Source of the DNA: Anaerolineae bacterium
GTDB lineage: Bacteria; Chloroflexota; Anaerolineae; Aggregatilineales; UBA3940
Assembly (NCBI GenBank): GCA_034435015.1
Contig: DAOTYH010000052.1
Span: forward strand, 2,835-66,834
DNA length: 64,000 nt
Direction: 5' to 3'
The position numbers and the translations under genes were made by a program. Shown piece after piece: positions 8,593 to 17,700 of this stretch. The notes under the pieces were generated by a model that worked only from the letters and a program-made list of their open reading frames with translations, was not told where the DNA came from and made no database searches. The first letter of the stretch is position 1. The number at the start of each line of letters is the position of its first letter.

Positions 8593-10862
8593 CCACGCAA
8601 TCCAGACAACGAACACGTATTGATCTACGGGCGCTTCCCATTGCAGTGAAGCTGGCACTGACGCTGGGTCTTGTTCTGGCGCTCAGCGGTATCTTTACGG
8701 CTTGGCTGGTAGGGCGCTCATTGCGCGATGTTCAGACGCAGGTCTTTATGAGCGACCTCCAGTCTCTCAGCCGTGCTCAGGCTTTCCGGGTGGTAGATGC
8801 TCTCTCCCAAGAGATAACAGCCCTGAACCGCTTGGGGAATAATGTCAACCTGCGTGTGATTTTGGCACTGCGCCCTGTGGATGTGACCCCTTATCCCGGC
8901 ACGGCTGATCTGGGAAGCGACACGACGCTCAACGCCCTGATCAGCGGCTTCCGCGAGACGCACGGCGAGTTTCGCAGTGTAGCACTGGTGGACATCAGCG
9001 GTCAGTTGCTCGCGATTGACCCCTTGCCGCCGGCATTGGATCGTATCTCGACCGAGAACTGGACATGGTTTTACGAGGCTTATAACCGCGGGATGGGGGC
9101 GGCTTATATATCAGGTCCTCTGGATGACGGGTTAACCGGCCTGCGGGGTATCCATATTGCCGTGCCGATCTATAGCGGCACGGGCGATAATCGTCTGCTT
9201 GGTGTCCTGTACGGCATTTGGGATGCCAGCAATGTGCTGGGTGTTGCTCAGGCCGCCGGTCAGCGGGAGTCGTTGCTGGTCTCTCCAGAGGGTCTAATGC
9301 TGGCGGCGCCCGGCGATCTGATCGGCTCTCCCTTGCCTGCCGATCTAACGGCTCGGATAAATGCCTCTCCTTCTGGTGCTTTCCTGTACACTGACCCGGC
9401 TGGCAGGCGGTGGCTGTACGGGTATGTCAGCCTGAGTGAATTAGGGCTGGCGGAAGGGCCTGCCTCAAGCTTAGGCTGGGTGGCCATCACCCGCGAACCG
9501 TTCTCAGCAGTTGAGGCCACTGTAGCCGCCCTGCTGAACGCCTTGGCGCTGGCTACTCTGGCCAGCGGCGCCATGATTGTTCTGCTGACCCTGATCTTTA
9601 CCCGCATACTGCTCTCGCCACTGCGGCATCTGACACAGGCCGCCGTGCGGCTTCAGGCGGGCGAGCTGACTACTCCCGTCCCTGAGCTTCCTATGGATGA
9701 AGTGGGGCGTCTGGCGGACGTACTGCGCGGCTTGGTAGGGCGTCTGCTTTACCGGGTGGGTCAGCTTCGTGCCGCCGTGCAGGTTTCGCGTGTGACAGCC
9801 CAAACCCTCGACATCAACCAGTTGCTGGAAGGTGTTGCGCGGGCGCTGGCAGATCAGTTTGGCTACCCCCTCGTCCATATCTACCTGCTGGATGCTTCTG
9901 GTAAGAATGCCCGCCTCCATGCTGTAGCCGGTGATCGCGGCGGATACTGGTTGCGGGTCGGGCATCGCATCACGGTAGATGAGACCACGCCGGTAGGGCG
10001 GGCTATCCTGTTGCGTGAGACCCAGTTTAGTAGCGATCAGGAACTGCCGATCTGGCCCGGTGCGCCTGTCAAGCCGGCGCAACTGGCCCTCCCGTTGCAG
10101 GCCGGCGGACGCGCGCTGGGGGCCTTACATCTGATCACCAGGCCGATGACGGTGTTCGAACAGGAGGACATTGACCTGTTGCTCCTGATCGCCGACCAGC
10201 TCAGCGCGTCAGTTGAGAACGCGCGTCTGTTTGAGCAAAGCGCCGCTAACCTTGCTGAGATCGAGGCCCTGAACCGCCGCCTGACTCGTCAGGGGTGGGA
10301 AGAGTTTCTGGAGAGCAGGGGGGATGCTCTGCGCCATACGCTGGACCCCGATCAGCGCTGGCCTCAGACGCCTGAGGAAATCCGGCGGCGCAGTGAGGTA
10401 AAGGCGGTTGTCTATACAGATGCCGATGGGCGCTCGGTGTTGGCCGCCCCGCTGGTTCTGCGCGGCGAGACGGTCGGGACGCTGGCCGTGACCCGCCCTG
10501 CCGGGGAGGGCTGGTCGCGGGAAGAGGTGTCCCTGCTGGAATCCGTGGCGGCCCGTATGGCGATAGTAGCTGAGGGCATCCGTCTGGTCGAGGAGTCAAC
10601 ACGCCGCGCTGAGATTGAACAGCGTGTAAGCGAAGTCTCGGCTCAACTGCTCCAGCGTGCGGCCAGCGTGGATAGTGTCCTGCAAAATGCCTTGAGCCAG
10701 TTGAGCGGGGCGCTTGGCTCTGATCATGTGTCCCTGCGGATCGGCCCTCCGCCGGTTGAGGGCGATCATCAGATCTCGCCGCGCAGTACAGGCGGCACAG
10801 GCCCGGACGGCTTCGGCAAAGGCGGTGTTGAGGGGGATGGAGATTTGAGCAATGGCCGTTGA
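8589..10862 (+). CDS. TM-periplasmic Cache-like-TM-HAMP-GAF sensor protein without output domain
   Basis: Two TM helices flank a domain of about 290 aa (..LRGIHIAVPIYSG..LLGVLYGIWD..WLYGYVSL..). HAMP reads PLRHLTQAAVRLQAGELTT..EVGRLADVLRGL. A diverged GAF-A (FGYPLVHIYLLD..SVENARLFE), a second GAF-like module and the stub follow. The start overlaps the upstream stop (ATGA). Confidence 0.8.
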   Translation: MTTQSRQRTRIDLRALPIAVKLALTLGLVLALSGIFTAWLVGRSLRDVQTQVFMSDLQSLSRAQAFRVVDALSQEITALNRLGNNVNLRVILALRPVDVTPYPGTADLGSDTTLNALISGFRETHGEFRSVALVDISGQLLAIDPLPPALDRISTENWTWFYEAYNRGMGAAYISGPLDDGLTGLRGIHIAVPIYSGTGDNRLLGVLYGIWDASNVLGVAQAAGQRESLLVSPEGLMLAAPGDLIGSPLPADLTARINASPSGAFLYTDPAGRRWLYGYVSLSELGLAEGPASSLGWVAITREPFSAVEATVAALLNALALATLASGAMIVLLTLIFTRILLSPLRHLTQAAVRLQAGELTTPVPELPMDEVGRLADVLRGLVGRLLYRVGQLRAAVQVSRVTAQTLDINQLLEGVARALADQFGYPLVHIYLLDASGKNARLHAVAGDRGGYWLRVGHRITVDETTPVGRAILLRETQFSSDQELPIWPGAPVKPAQLALPLQAGGRALGALHLITRPMTVFEQEDIDLLLLIADQLSASVENARLFEQSAANLAEIEALNRRLTRQGWEEFLESRGDALRHTLDPDQRWPQTPEEIRRRSEVKAVVYTDADGRSVLAAPLVLRGETVGTLAVTRPAGEGWSREEVSLLESVAARMAIVAEGIRLVEESTRRAEIEQRVSEVSAQLLQRAASVDSVLQNALSQLSGALGSDHVSLRIGPPPVEGDHQISPRSTGGTGPDGFGKGGVEGDGDLSNGR

Positions 10863-12585
10863 TAGCCCGACTCAGGTTGAAAAGAAAGAAGGGGGTATCC
10901 GGCGCCTGTTCAGGTGGCTGTTCTCGGTGCACTACCCTTATGCAGACGTGTTGGAGCACCAGCGCGCTACGATAGCCGTAGTCATTACCGTGGTGCTGGC
11001 TGTGACAGGCCTGCTGGGGGGGATAGGCCTTAAGGTTATATTTGGCGGAGAGGCTTATTATACTGTCTCTGCCGGGCTTATACTGGCTGGTGTCTGTGCA
11101 TTGCTGTATCTCATGATACAGCGGGGGCGTCTCAGGGAGGCCAGCTATGGGCTGATACTTGCCCTGCTGACTCTCAGCTTTGTCCCGGAGTTGCCGGCTA
11201 CTATCCTTAAGCCGCTGTTCACGCCCTTTGTCCTTCCGGTGATGCTGGCCGCTTTTCTGCTTGGCACGTGGCCTGCCTTCATCACCGCGTTTGTCTCAGC
11301 GGTATTGATTGCTGTCGTCCTGTATGTGCATCTGCCCGGTTTTGCCACAGGCCTGCCCGCCGTACCGCCTGATCTGCTCTTTGAGGTTCTCTATCATCTG
11401 CTTACCTTACTGATGGTGTCGGCGCTGGCAGGCCAGATGGGCAACATCCTTAAGCGGTGGGCGCAATCGGCACAGCGCACAGCACGCCAGCTTGAGGCGG
11501 CGGCGGTCGTTAGTGAGACAGCCGCCACAGCGGCCAGCCTCAGCAAATTGCTGAATGTGGTGGTTGAACGTATCCGTGAAGCGTATGGCTTCTACCACGC
11601 TCAGGTCTTCCTGCTGGACCCGGAGCGGCGCATGGCCCGTCTTGAGGCCAGCACGGGCAAGGCCGGCGAGGTACTGCTGGCACGCGGTCACGCCCTGCCG
11701 GTGGGTTCGCAGTCAGTTGTAGGGCAGTGTACGTATCGGGGCGAGCCGGTGGTGGTCAACGACGTACTGCGCAGTACCATCCACCGCCGTAATGAGTTAT
11801 TGCCATTGACACGCGCCGAGCTGGCCCTGCCCCTGGTCGCAGGCGGGCGCGTGATCGGGGCGCTGGACGTGCAGAGTACGGTCCCCAATGCGTTCCAGCC
11901 GGACGATGTCCGCTCGATTCAGGCAATGGCCAATCAGCTTTCAACCGCCATTGAAAAGGCACGGCTGGTGGATGAGTTGCAGGCTCGTGCGGCAGAGAAC
12001 CAACGCCTCTACGAGGAGGCACAATCCAGCCTGCGTCAGTTTGAGGATTTGAGCCGCCGACTGACGCGCGAAGGCTGGAGTGATTACCTGCGCACCCGCC
12101 GCCTGCGTGGTTCGCTGGGATATACCCTCTCCGGTCAGCAAGTCCAGCACGACGCAGGATGGACTGCCCCCATGCGTCAGGCCTATCAGAGCGAGAGCAG
12201 TGTGGTGATCCGGCAGGGTCAGCAGGCCCATATTGCCGCCCTGCCCCTGCGCGTGCGCGGCGAGGTCATTGGTGTATTGGAGATCGAGCGGGGCGGCAAC
12301 CGTCCTTGGACGGACGATGAACTTGAGATGGCAGAAACATTAGTTGAGCGTCTTGCGCTGGCTGTTGAAAATGCCCGGCTCTATGAGCAGGCTACGCTCT
12401 CTGCCGAGCGTGAGCAATTGGTCAACCGCCTCACCCAGACCGTACAGCAGGCGGGGAGCATTGACGATGTTCTGCAGACCGCGCTGACAGAGCTTAGTTC
12501 GGTGCTGGGGGCTTCGCGCGGGGTAGTGCAGATCAGCCCGAAGGTGGAGCAGGCCTCCGGTGAACAGCCGGATAATGGCGCGTAG
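10852..12585 (+). CDS. polytopic-membrane GAF sensor protein without output domain
   Basis: About 6 TM helices, GAF-A (YGFYHAQVFLLDP..HRRNELLPLTRAE..IGALDVQS), linker LSRRLTREGWSDY, second module (LPLRVRGEVIGVLEI..ALAVENARLYEQ) and stub. The start overlaps the upstream gene by 11 nt. Confidence 0.8.
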   Translation: MAVDSPTQVEKKEGGIRRLFRWLFSVHYPYADVLEHQRATIAVVITVVLAVTGLLGGIGLKVIFGGEAYYTVSAGLILAGVCALLYLMIQRGRLREASYGLILALLTLSFVPELPATILKPLFTPFVLPVMLAAFLLGTWPAFITAFVSAVLIAVVLYVHLPGFATGLPAVPPDLLFEVLYHLLTLLMVSALAGQMGNILKRWAQSAQRTARQLEAAAVVSETAATAASLSKLLNVVVERIREAYGFYHAQVFLLDPERRMARLEASTGKAGEVLLARGHALPVGSQSVVGQCTYRGEPVVVNDVLRSTIHRRNELLPLTRAELALPLVAGGRVIGALDVQSTVPNAFQPDDVRSIQAMANQLSTAIEKARLVDELQARAAENQRLYEEAQSSLRQFEDLSRRLTREGWSDYLRTRRLRGSLGYTLSGQQVQHDAGWTAPMRQAYQSESSVVIRQGQQAHIAALPLRVRGEVIGVLEIERGGNRPWTDDELEMAETLVERLALAVENARLYEQATLSAEREQLVNRLTQTVQQAGSIDDVLQTALTELSSVLGASRGVVQISPKVEQASGEQPDNGA

Positions 12586-12597
12586 GGAGGGGCTGTT

Positions 12598-14793
12598 ATG
12601 CGGCGCTTCTTAAGCAGATTAGCTTGGAATAACCTGTCTATTCGGGTCAAGACAGGTTTGATGTTCTTGTTGCATATGTTCCTGATCAGCCTGATGGCTC
12701 TGGCGGCCTTCCTGTCTTTGCGTAATGTGAGCCAGCGGGTTGAGGGGGCTATTACCACGGCGGTTGAGATGCGCTCCCTGAGTCAGGATATGCAGCTTGA
12801 TACTCAGCGGCTTCAGAATCTAGTCTCCACTGTCCAGAGCAGTTTCGATACCCAGTTCTATACTCGTATGTCTGCGAACTGGCAGTCCAGTTATACGGAG
12901 CTGGCTCAGAGGATACTGGACAATGCCGCCCGCCTGGAAGATTTGAGCGATCAAGCTGTCAGCCCCTCTGACCGGATGGAGGTGCTCGCTGAGATTCGCG
13001 CCATCGAGGCCAATGTGACAGCCACCGAGCAGAGCTTCACGGCCATGCTGGACGCAGTGGCTCAACTCTCCACCCCGCGTGAGGGTGCCATCCCCTTGCT
13101 GGATGCCTACGGTGTTGCGCTGGAGGAAGTGACCATTGAGCAGGGCAACAACGACCTGCTTTCAAGATTTCTCCTTATGCGCAGTCTGGAGGAAACCTTG
13201 ATCGAGGCAGGCGATCAGACCGTCCTGGCCAGCTTCCGAGAGGCCGCCAATGCCTACCGGGAGGTGTACGACCGTATCCCCCTGACAGAGCGTCAGGCGG
13301 GCATTCCCACTGCCCTGAACAACTATGTGGCACAAGCCGAAGAGGTCGTCCGCCTTATAGGCCTCTTACGAAACAACCACGACGCCTCTCAGCTCTATCT
13401 GGGGTACGTTCGTGATGCGGCTTCCCGTCTGGGCACTATTACAAACGCCCAGTCCGCCTCTCAGCTTGCGGCTGTGCGGCAGATTCAGGGCGCGACTGTC
13501 TTCACCCTGTTGGCTGGCTTGATCATTACACTGGTCGTGGGCGGCACCTCCTCATATCTCTTTGGCCGCGCGATATTCAACAGCCTTAGCAACTTGCTTT
13601 ATGCCGCACAGTCACTGGAGAAGGGAAACCTCGACGCACGGGCTGAGGTAAACGGCGAAGACGAGTTCAACCGGCTGGCCGCCGCCTTCAATACGATGGC
13701 ACTTCAGCTTCAAGGGTTGATCAGCGGGTTGGAACAACGTGTCGCTGAACGTGCCCGCGACCTGAGCATCACGGCTGAGATTGGGCGGGCGGTAGTCGAG
13801 TTCACAGAGCCGCGCGAACTGATGAACAATGTGATTGAGCTGATCCGGCAGCGATTTGGCTTCTATCATGCGCAGGTCTTTTTGATTGATGACGCAGGAG
13901 AGAGAGCCAACCTTGTGGCCAGCACAGGGGCGGCAGGCCGGGCTTTGCTGGCCCGCCGGCACTACCTTGAAGTAGGATCGCGGTCGGTGATTGGTCAGGT
14001 GACGGCAACGGGTATGCCGGTGATCGCCTCTGATACCGATGTCAGCGCTATCCACAAGCGCAATGAGCTGTTGCCCGACACGCGCTCTGAGATGGCTCTG
14101 CCCATGCGTATTGGCGACAGAGTGATAGGCGCGCTGGATGTTCAGAGTGTGGCCCCTAATGCCTTTGATGAAAGCTCGGTGGCTGTCTTCCAGATCGTGG
14201 CTGACCAGCTCGCTATCGCGTTGGAGAGTGCCCGTCTTCATGCTCAGCTTTCTGATGCACTGGCTCAGCTTCGGGAGATCGAACGGCGTGCCACACTGGA
14301 AGCATGGCAGACCTTCCGCCAGTCCCGCAGCCCGAACGCTCCGCTTGGCTATCATCTGCGTGAGGGTGAGGTCATGCCCCAGCCTCCTGAGGCGATGCCC
14401 TCCCCCCTCAGTGAGGCTATTCGGACCGGGCGTGTCGTGAGCTGGCGGGATGGCGGTGAGGAGATCAATCTGGCTGTTCCCATTAAGGTACGAGGTGAGA
14501 CAGTTGGGGCCTTTGGCTTCGGAGGTGAGGCGCTGTACGATCTGACCGAGGAGGATATTGCACTGCTTGAAGCGGTAGCTGACCGTGTCGGGCTGGCGAT
14601 TGAGAACCTCCGTCTGGTAGAGCAGACCGCCCGTCGTGCCGAGCACGAGCAGATCGTGAACGAGATCACGGCCAAGATCGTAGGTTCAACCGATGTGAAC
14701 CAGATTTTGCAGACGACCGTAAGAGAGTTGGGCCGCGTGTTGCGTGCGCCCCAGACCAGCGTGCAACTGCGGAAAGAGTATGAGCAGAAATGA
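12598..14793 (+). CDS. TM-helical periplasmic domain-TM-HAMP-GAF sensor protein without output domain
   Basis: Two TM helices flank a predominantly helical domain of about 270 aa. HAMP reads LEKGNLDARAEVNGEDEFNRLAAAFNTMALQL. GAF-A reads FGFYHAQVFLIDD..HKRNELLPDTRSE..IGALDVQS. A second module and the stub follow. GGGAGG RBS before ATG 12598. Confidence 0.8.
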   Translation: MRRFLSRLAWNNLSIRVKTGLMFLLHMFLISLMALAAFLSLRNVSQRVEGAITTAVEMRSLSQDMQLDTQRLQNLVSTVQSSFDTQFYTRMSANWQSSYTELAQRILDNAARLEDLSDQAVSPSDRMEVLAEIRAIEANVTATEQSFTAMLDAVAQLSTPREGAIPLLDAYGVALEEVTIEQGNNDLLSRFLLMRSLEETLIEAGDQTVLASFREAANAYREVYDRIPLTERQAGIPTALNNYVAQAEEVVRLIGLLRNNHDASQLYLGYVRDAASRLGTITNAQSASQLAAVRQIQGATVFTLLAGLIITLVVGGTSSYLFGRAIFNSLSNLLYAAQSLEKGNLDARAEVNGEDEFNRLAAAFNTMALQLQGLISGLEQRVAERARDLSITAEIGRAVVEFTEPRELMNNVIELIRQRFGFYHAQVFLIDDAGERANLVASTGAAGRALLARRHYLEVGSRSVIGQVTATGMPVIASDTDVSAIHKRNELLPDTRSEMALPMRIGDRVIGALDVQSVAPNAFDESSVAVFQIVADQLAIALESARLHAQLSDALAQLREIERRATLEAWQTFRQSRSPNAPLGYHLREGEVMPQPPEAMPSPLSEAIRTGRVVSWRDGGEEINLAVPIKVRGETVGAFGFGGEALYDLTEEDIALLEAVADRVGLAIENLRLVEQTARRAEHEQIVNEITAKIVGSTDVNQILQTTVRELGRVLRAPQTSVQLRKEYEQK

Positions 14794-17700
14794 GTAGCAC
14801 AAAACCTTCTCAACCCAAGCGCAGGGCACGCAGCCTCCGGCGTACCCTGCAATTGATCTTCATTGCTCTGGTGGCTTTGCCGGTTCTGACGCTCACCGTC
14901 GTCTCAATGCTGAACTCGGTCAATAACAGCCGGCAGGCCGCTGTCAACCGTTTGAACACGCTTGCCGACATCCAGACCCAGGTGCTGGAGCAATGGGTCT
15001 CTGCCGCCCAGAACAACCTGAGCCAGAACCTCGCTAATCCGGTCATCGGCCCGATCATCGTCCGCTTGGTCACAACCCCTCCAGAGGAGATGACCACTGC
15101 CGCCTATGCCAGCAACCGTTTGATCTTCATTAACCATGCGCGCGTGGTGATCGGCGGGCCGGATTCGCCGTTCAGCCGTATTGTCCTGACGGATATGGAT
15201 GGTATCGTGCGCGGCGCCGACTTCCAGACCCTTCTGGGGCGCGACTGGAGCATGGAGCCGTGGTTCAATGCGGCCATACAGGCCGGTGATGCGGTTGCAT
15301 TGGTAGGCCCCTACCGCGACCCTGTAGACGGCAAGGACAGCCTGTATTTCTCAACCACAGTACGCACGTCTGAGGGTGTGGTAGTAGGCGTGTTGTGCGG
15401 CAGAGCGACGCTTGACCCCTTGAAGAGACTCATGGAACGAGTACCGCCGCTGGGTGAGACAGGGGAATACCTGCTGATCCGGCAGGGCCAGCAGTATGTC
15501 ACGCCGCCGCGCCATGACCCCGGCGCCCGGCTGGCAACTGATGAAATTGTCTCGACCGTCCTGAGTGGAAATAACGGTAGCGGCACTTGGCGCGATTATC
15601 GGGGAGAGGAAGTCATTGGGGCGTACCGTTGGGTTGCCCCGCTGAACATGGGCTTGATCGTCAAGCAGGACAGCGTCGAGGTACTAGGCGGCCTGTGGAG
15701 GCTGGTTAGCTCGTCGGCCATTATTGGTATGCTGTTTGTGGGGTTAGGCGCATTGCTTAGCTTTGTCTTCTCTGAGCGCCTGCTAGGCCCGCTGGAGGCC
15801 TTGAGCCGAGTAGCGATGCGTGTGTCCGCTGGCGACCTGAACCTGCGTGCGCCTGAAACGGATGCAACCGAGCTTAGGCGGCTGGCAGACTCGTTCAATG
15901 CGATGACCGCCCAGATCAGGTCTATGATCGAGAGCCGTGAGGAAACGATCCGAGAGAGGACCCGCGAGCTGGCTATTGTCGCCCAGATGGGCCGTGTGAT
16001 TGCCGCTGAAACGAACCTTGAGCGCCTGCTTGATCTGGCTATTGGCCTCATCCGCGACCGGCTGGGGTACTATCACGTTCAGATCTTCATGGTGGATGAC
16101 CTGAAGCAGAACGCGGTCCTGCGTGCCAGTACGGGCGAGGCCGGGCGTCAGTTGCTGGCTCTTGGTCACCGACTGCCGGTGGGGTCACGCTCGGTCGTTG
16201 GTCAGGCCGCTGGTCGGGGTGAGCCGGTGCTGGCATCGGATACCCGTTATGCGGACTATTGGCGGCCTAACCCCCTGTTGCCTGACACACGTGCCGAGCT
16301 GGCAATTCCCCTGCTCACGGGCGATCAGCTTATTGGGGTGCTTGACATCCAGTCTACCGAGCCGGAGACCTTCAGCGAAGACACGATTGCCGTGCTTCAG
16401 ACGCTGGCTGACCAGTTGGCGGTAGCTATCCGCAATGCGCAGTTGTTTGGGGAAAAGGAGAGCCTGCTGTCGGCCTCGCTTGACCTGACCCAGATGCTCA
16501 CCCGTGAGGGCTGGGGTGACTACGTGGCACAGCGCAGGGGCCAGAATGGCGCTATCGGCTTTGAGTATAACCTGAGCGAAGTACGTCCTCTGGATGGCTC
16601 CTCAGGAATATCGGGGCAGGGTATCAGCCTTCCCATTGCACTGCGTGGTGCGATCATCGGTCAGCTTGAAGCCCAGCTACCGGAAGGTGAGACTTGGACC
16701 GAGGAGGACAGACAGCTAGTCAGTCAGGTGCTCGACCGGGTGGCCCTGGCACTCGAAAACGCACGTCTGTTCGAGCAAACTCAGATTTCTCTGGCAGAGA
16801 CCAACCGCCTCTATCAGGCCAGCCAGCGGATCGCCGCCGCTGACACCGTCAAGGACCTGGTAGAGGAGTTGATTGACGTTGCCAAGATTGACATCGCCGA
16901 CCAAATCACCCTCTACCTGGTGGATGATCCGGCTGAGCCGCCCGGCGACCGGTGGGTTGAGGCGGCAGGGAGTTGGGTCCGTGACCCGCATAGCGCTTTG
17001 GGCCAAATGCCGTCCCGACTGCGCACCAGTCAGCCGCCCTTGAAGGGAATTGAGAGCATACCCCTTGACGGGCGGGTGATTGATGATCTGACTGCCGCTG
17101 AGGATATGGCTCCAGAAAGCCGTGCCCAGCTTCAGGAGCTGGGGGTCAGGTCTATGGCTGTCTTCCCGCTGGCGGCTGGCCGCCGCACGCTGGCCTGGCT
17201 GGTGATCTACAGCTCTGCTCAGGGTAGTGCTTTCACTGAGGGCGATGTCCGTTTCTTTGAGACGATCACCGACCAAGCGGCCTCAGCACTTGAAGGACTG
17301 CGTCTGTTCGAGCAGACTCAGATTCGTGCCCGCCGTTTGCAGGCCACCAATGAGGTCTCACGGGCGGCATCCTCGATCCTGAACCCCGACATCCTACTGC
17401 CGCTGATCGTAGATCGCATCAGCGAGGCGTTTGGATACTACCATGTCCAGATATTCCTGGTGGATGAGCTGGGCGAATGGGCTGTGCTACGGGCCAGCAC
17501 GGGTGAGGTCGGTCAGGAGCTGTTGCGTCGTAAACACGCATTGGCTGTCGGCTCGCGTTCGGTGATCGGGCAGGTGACGGCGCTGGGCGAAATCGTTATT
17601 GCCCGCGATACTGACGTGGACGCGGTCCACCGGCGCAACGAGTTACTGCCCAACACACGGGCTGAGATGGCAATCCCGCTCAAGACAGGCGACCGTGTCA

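Noticed and set aside
13612-14646. 344-aa minus-strand ORF inside the HAMP-GAF gene, with similar long antisense ORFs in other GAF genes (for example 9504-10082, 10246-10959, 16716-17276, 17769-18434)
   Set aside because: All lie opposite frames that carry strongly conserved GAF, HAMP or HisKA motifs. They have no motifs, no RBS context and a Arg/Pro/Gln-rich composition, so they are high-GC artefacts.
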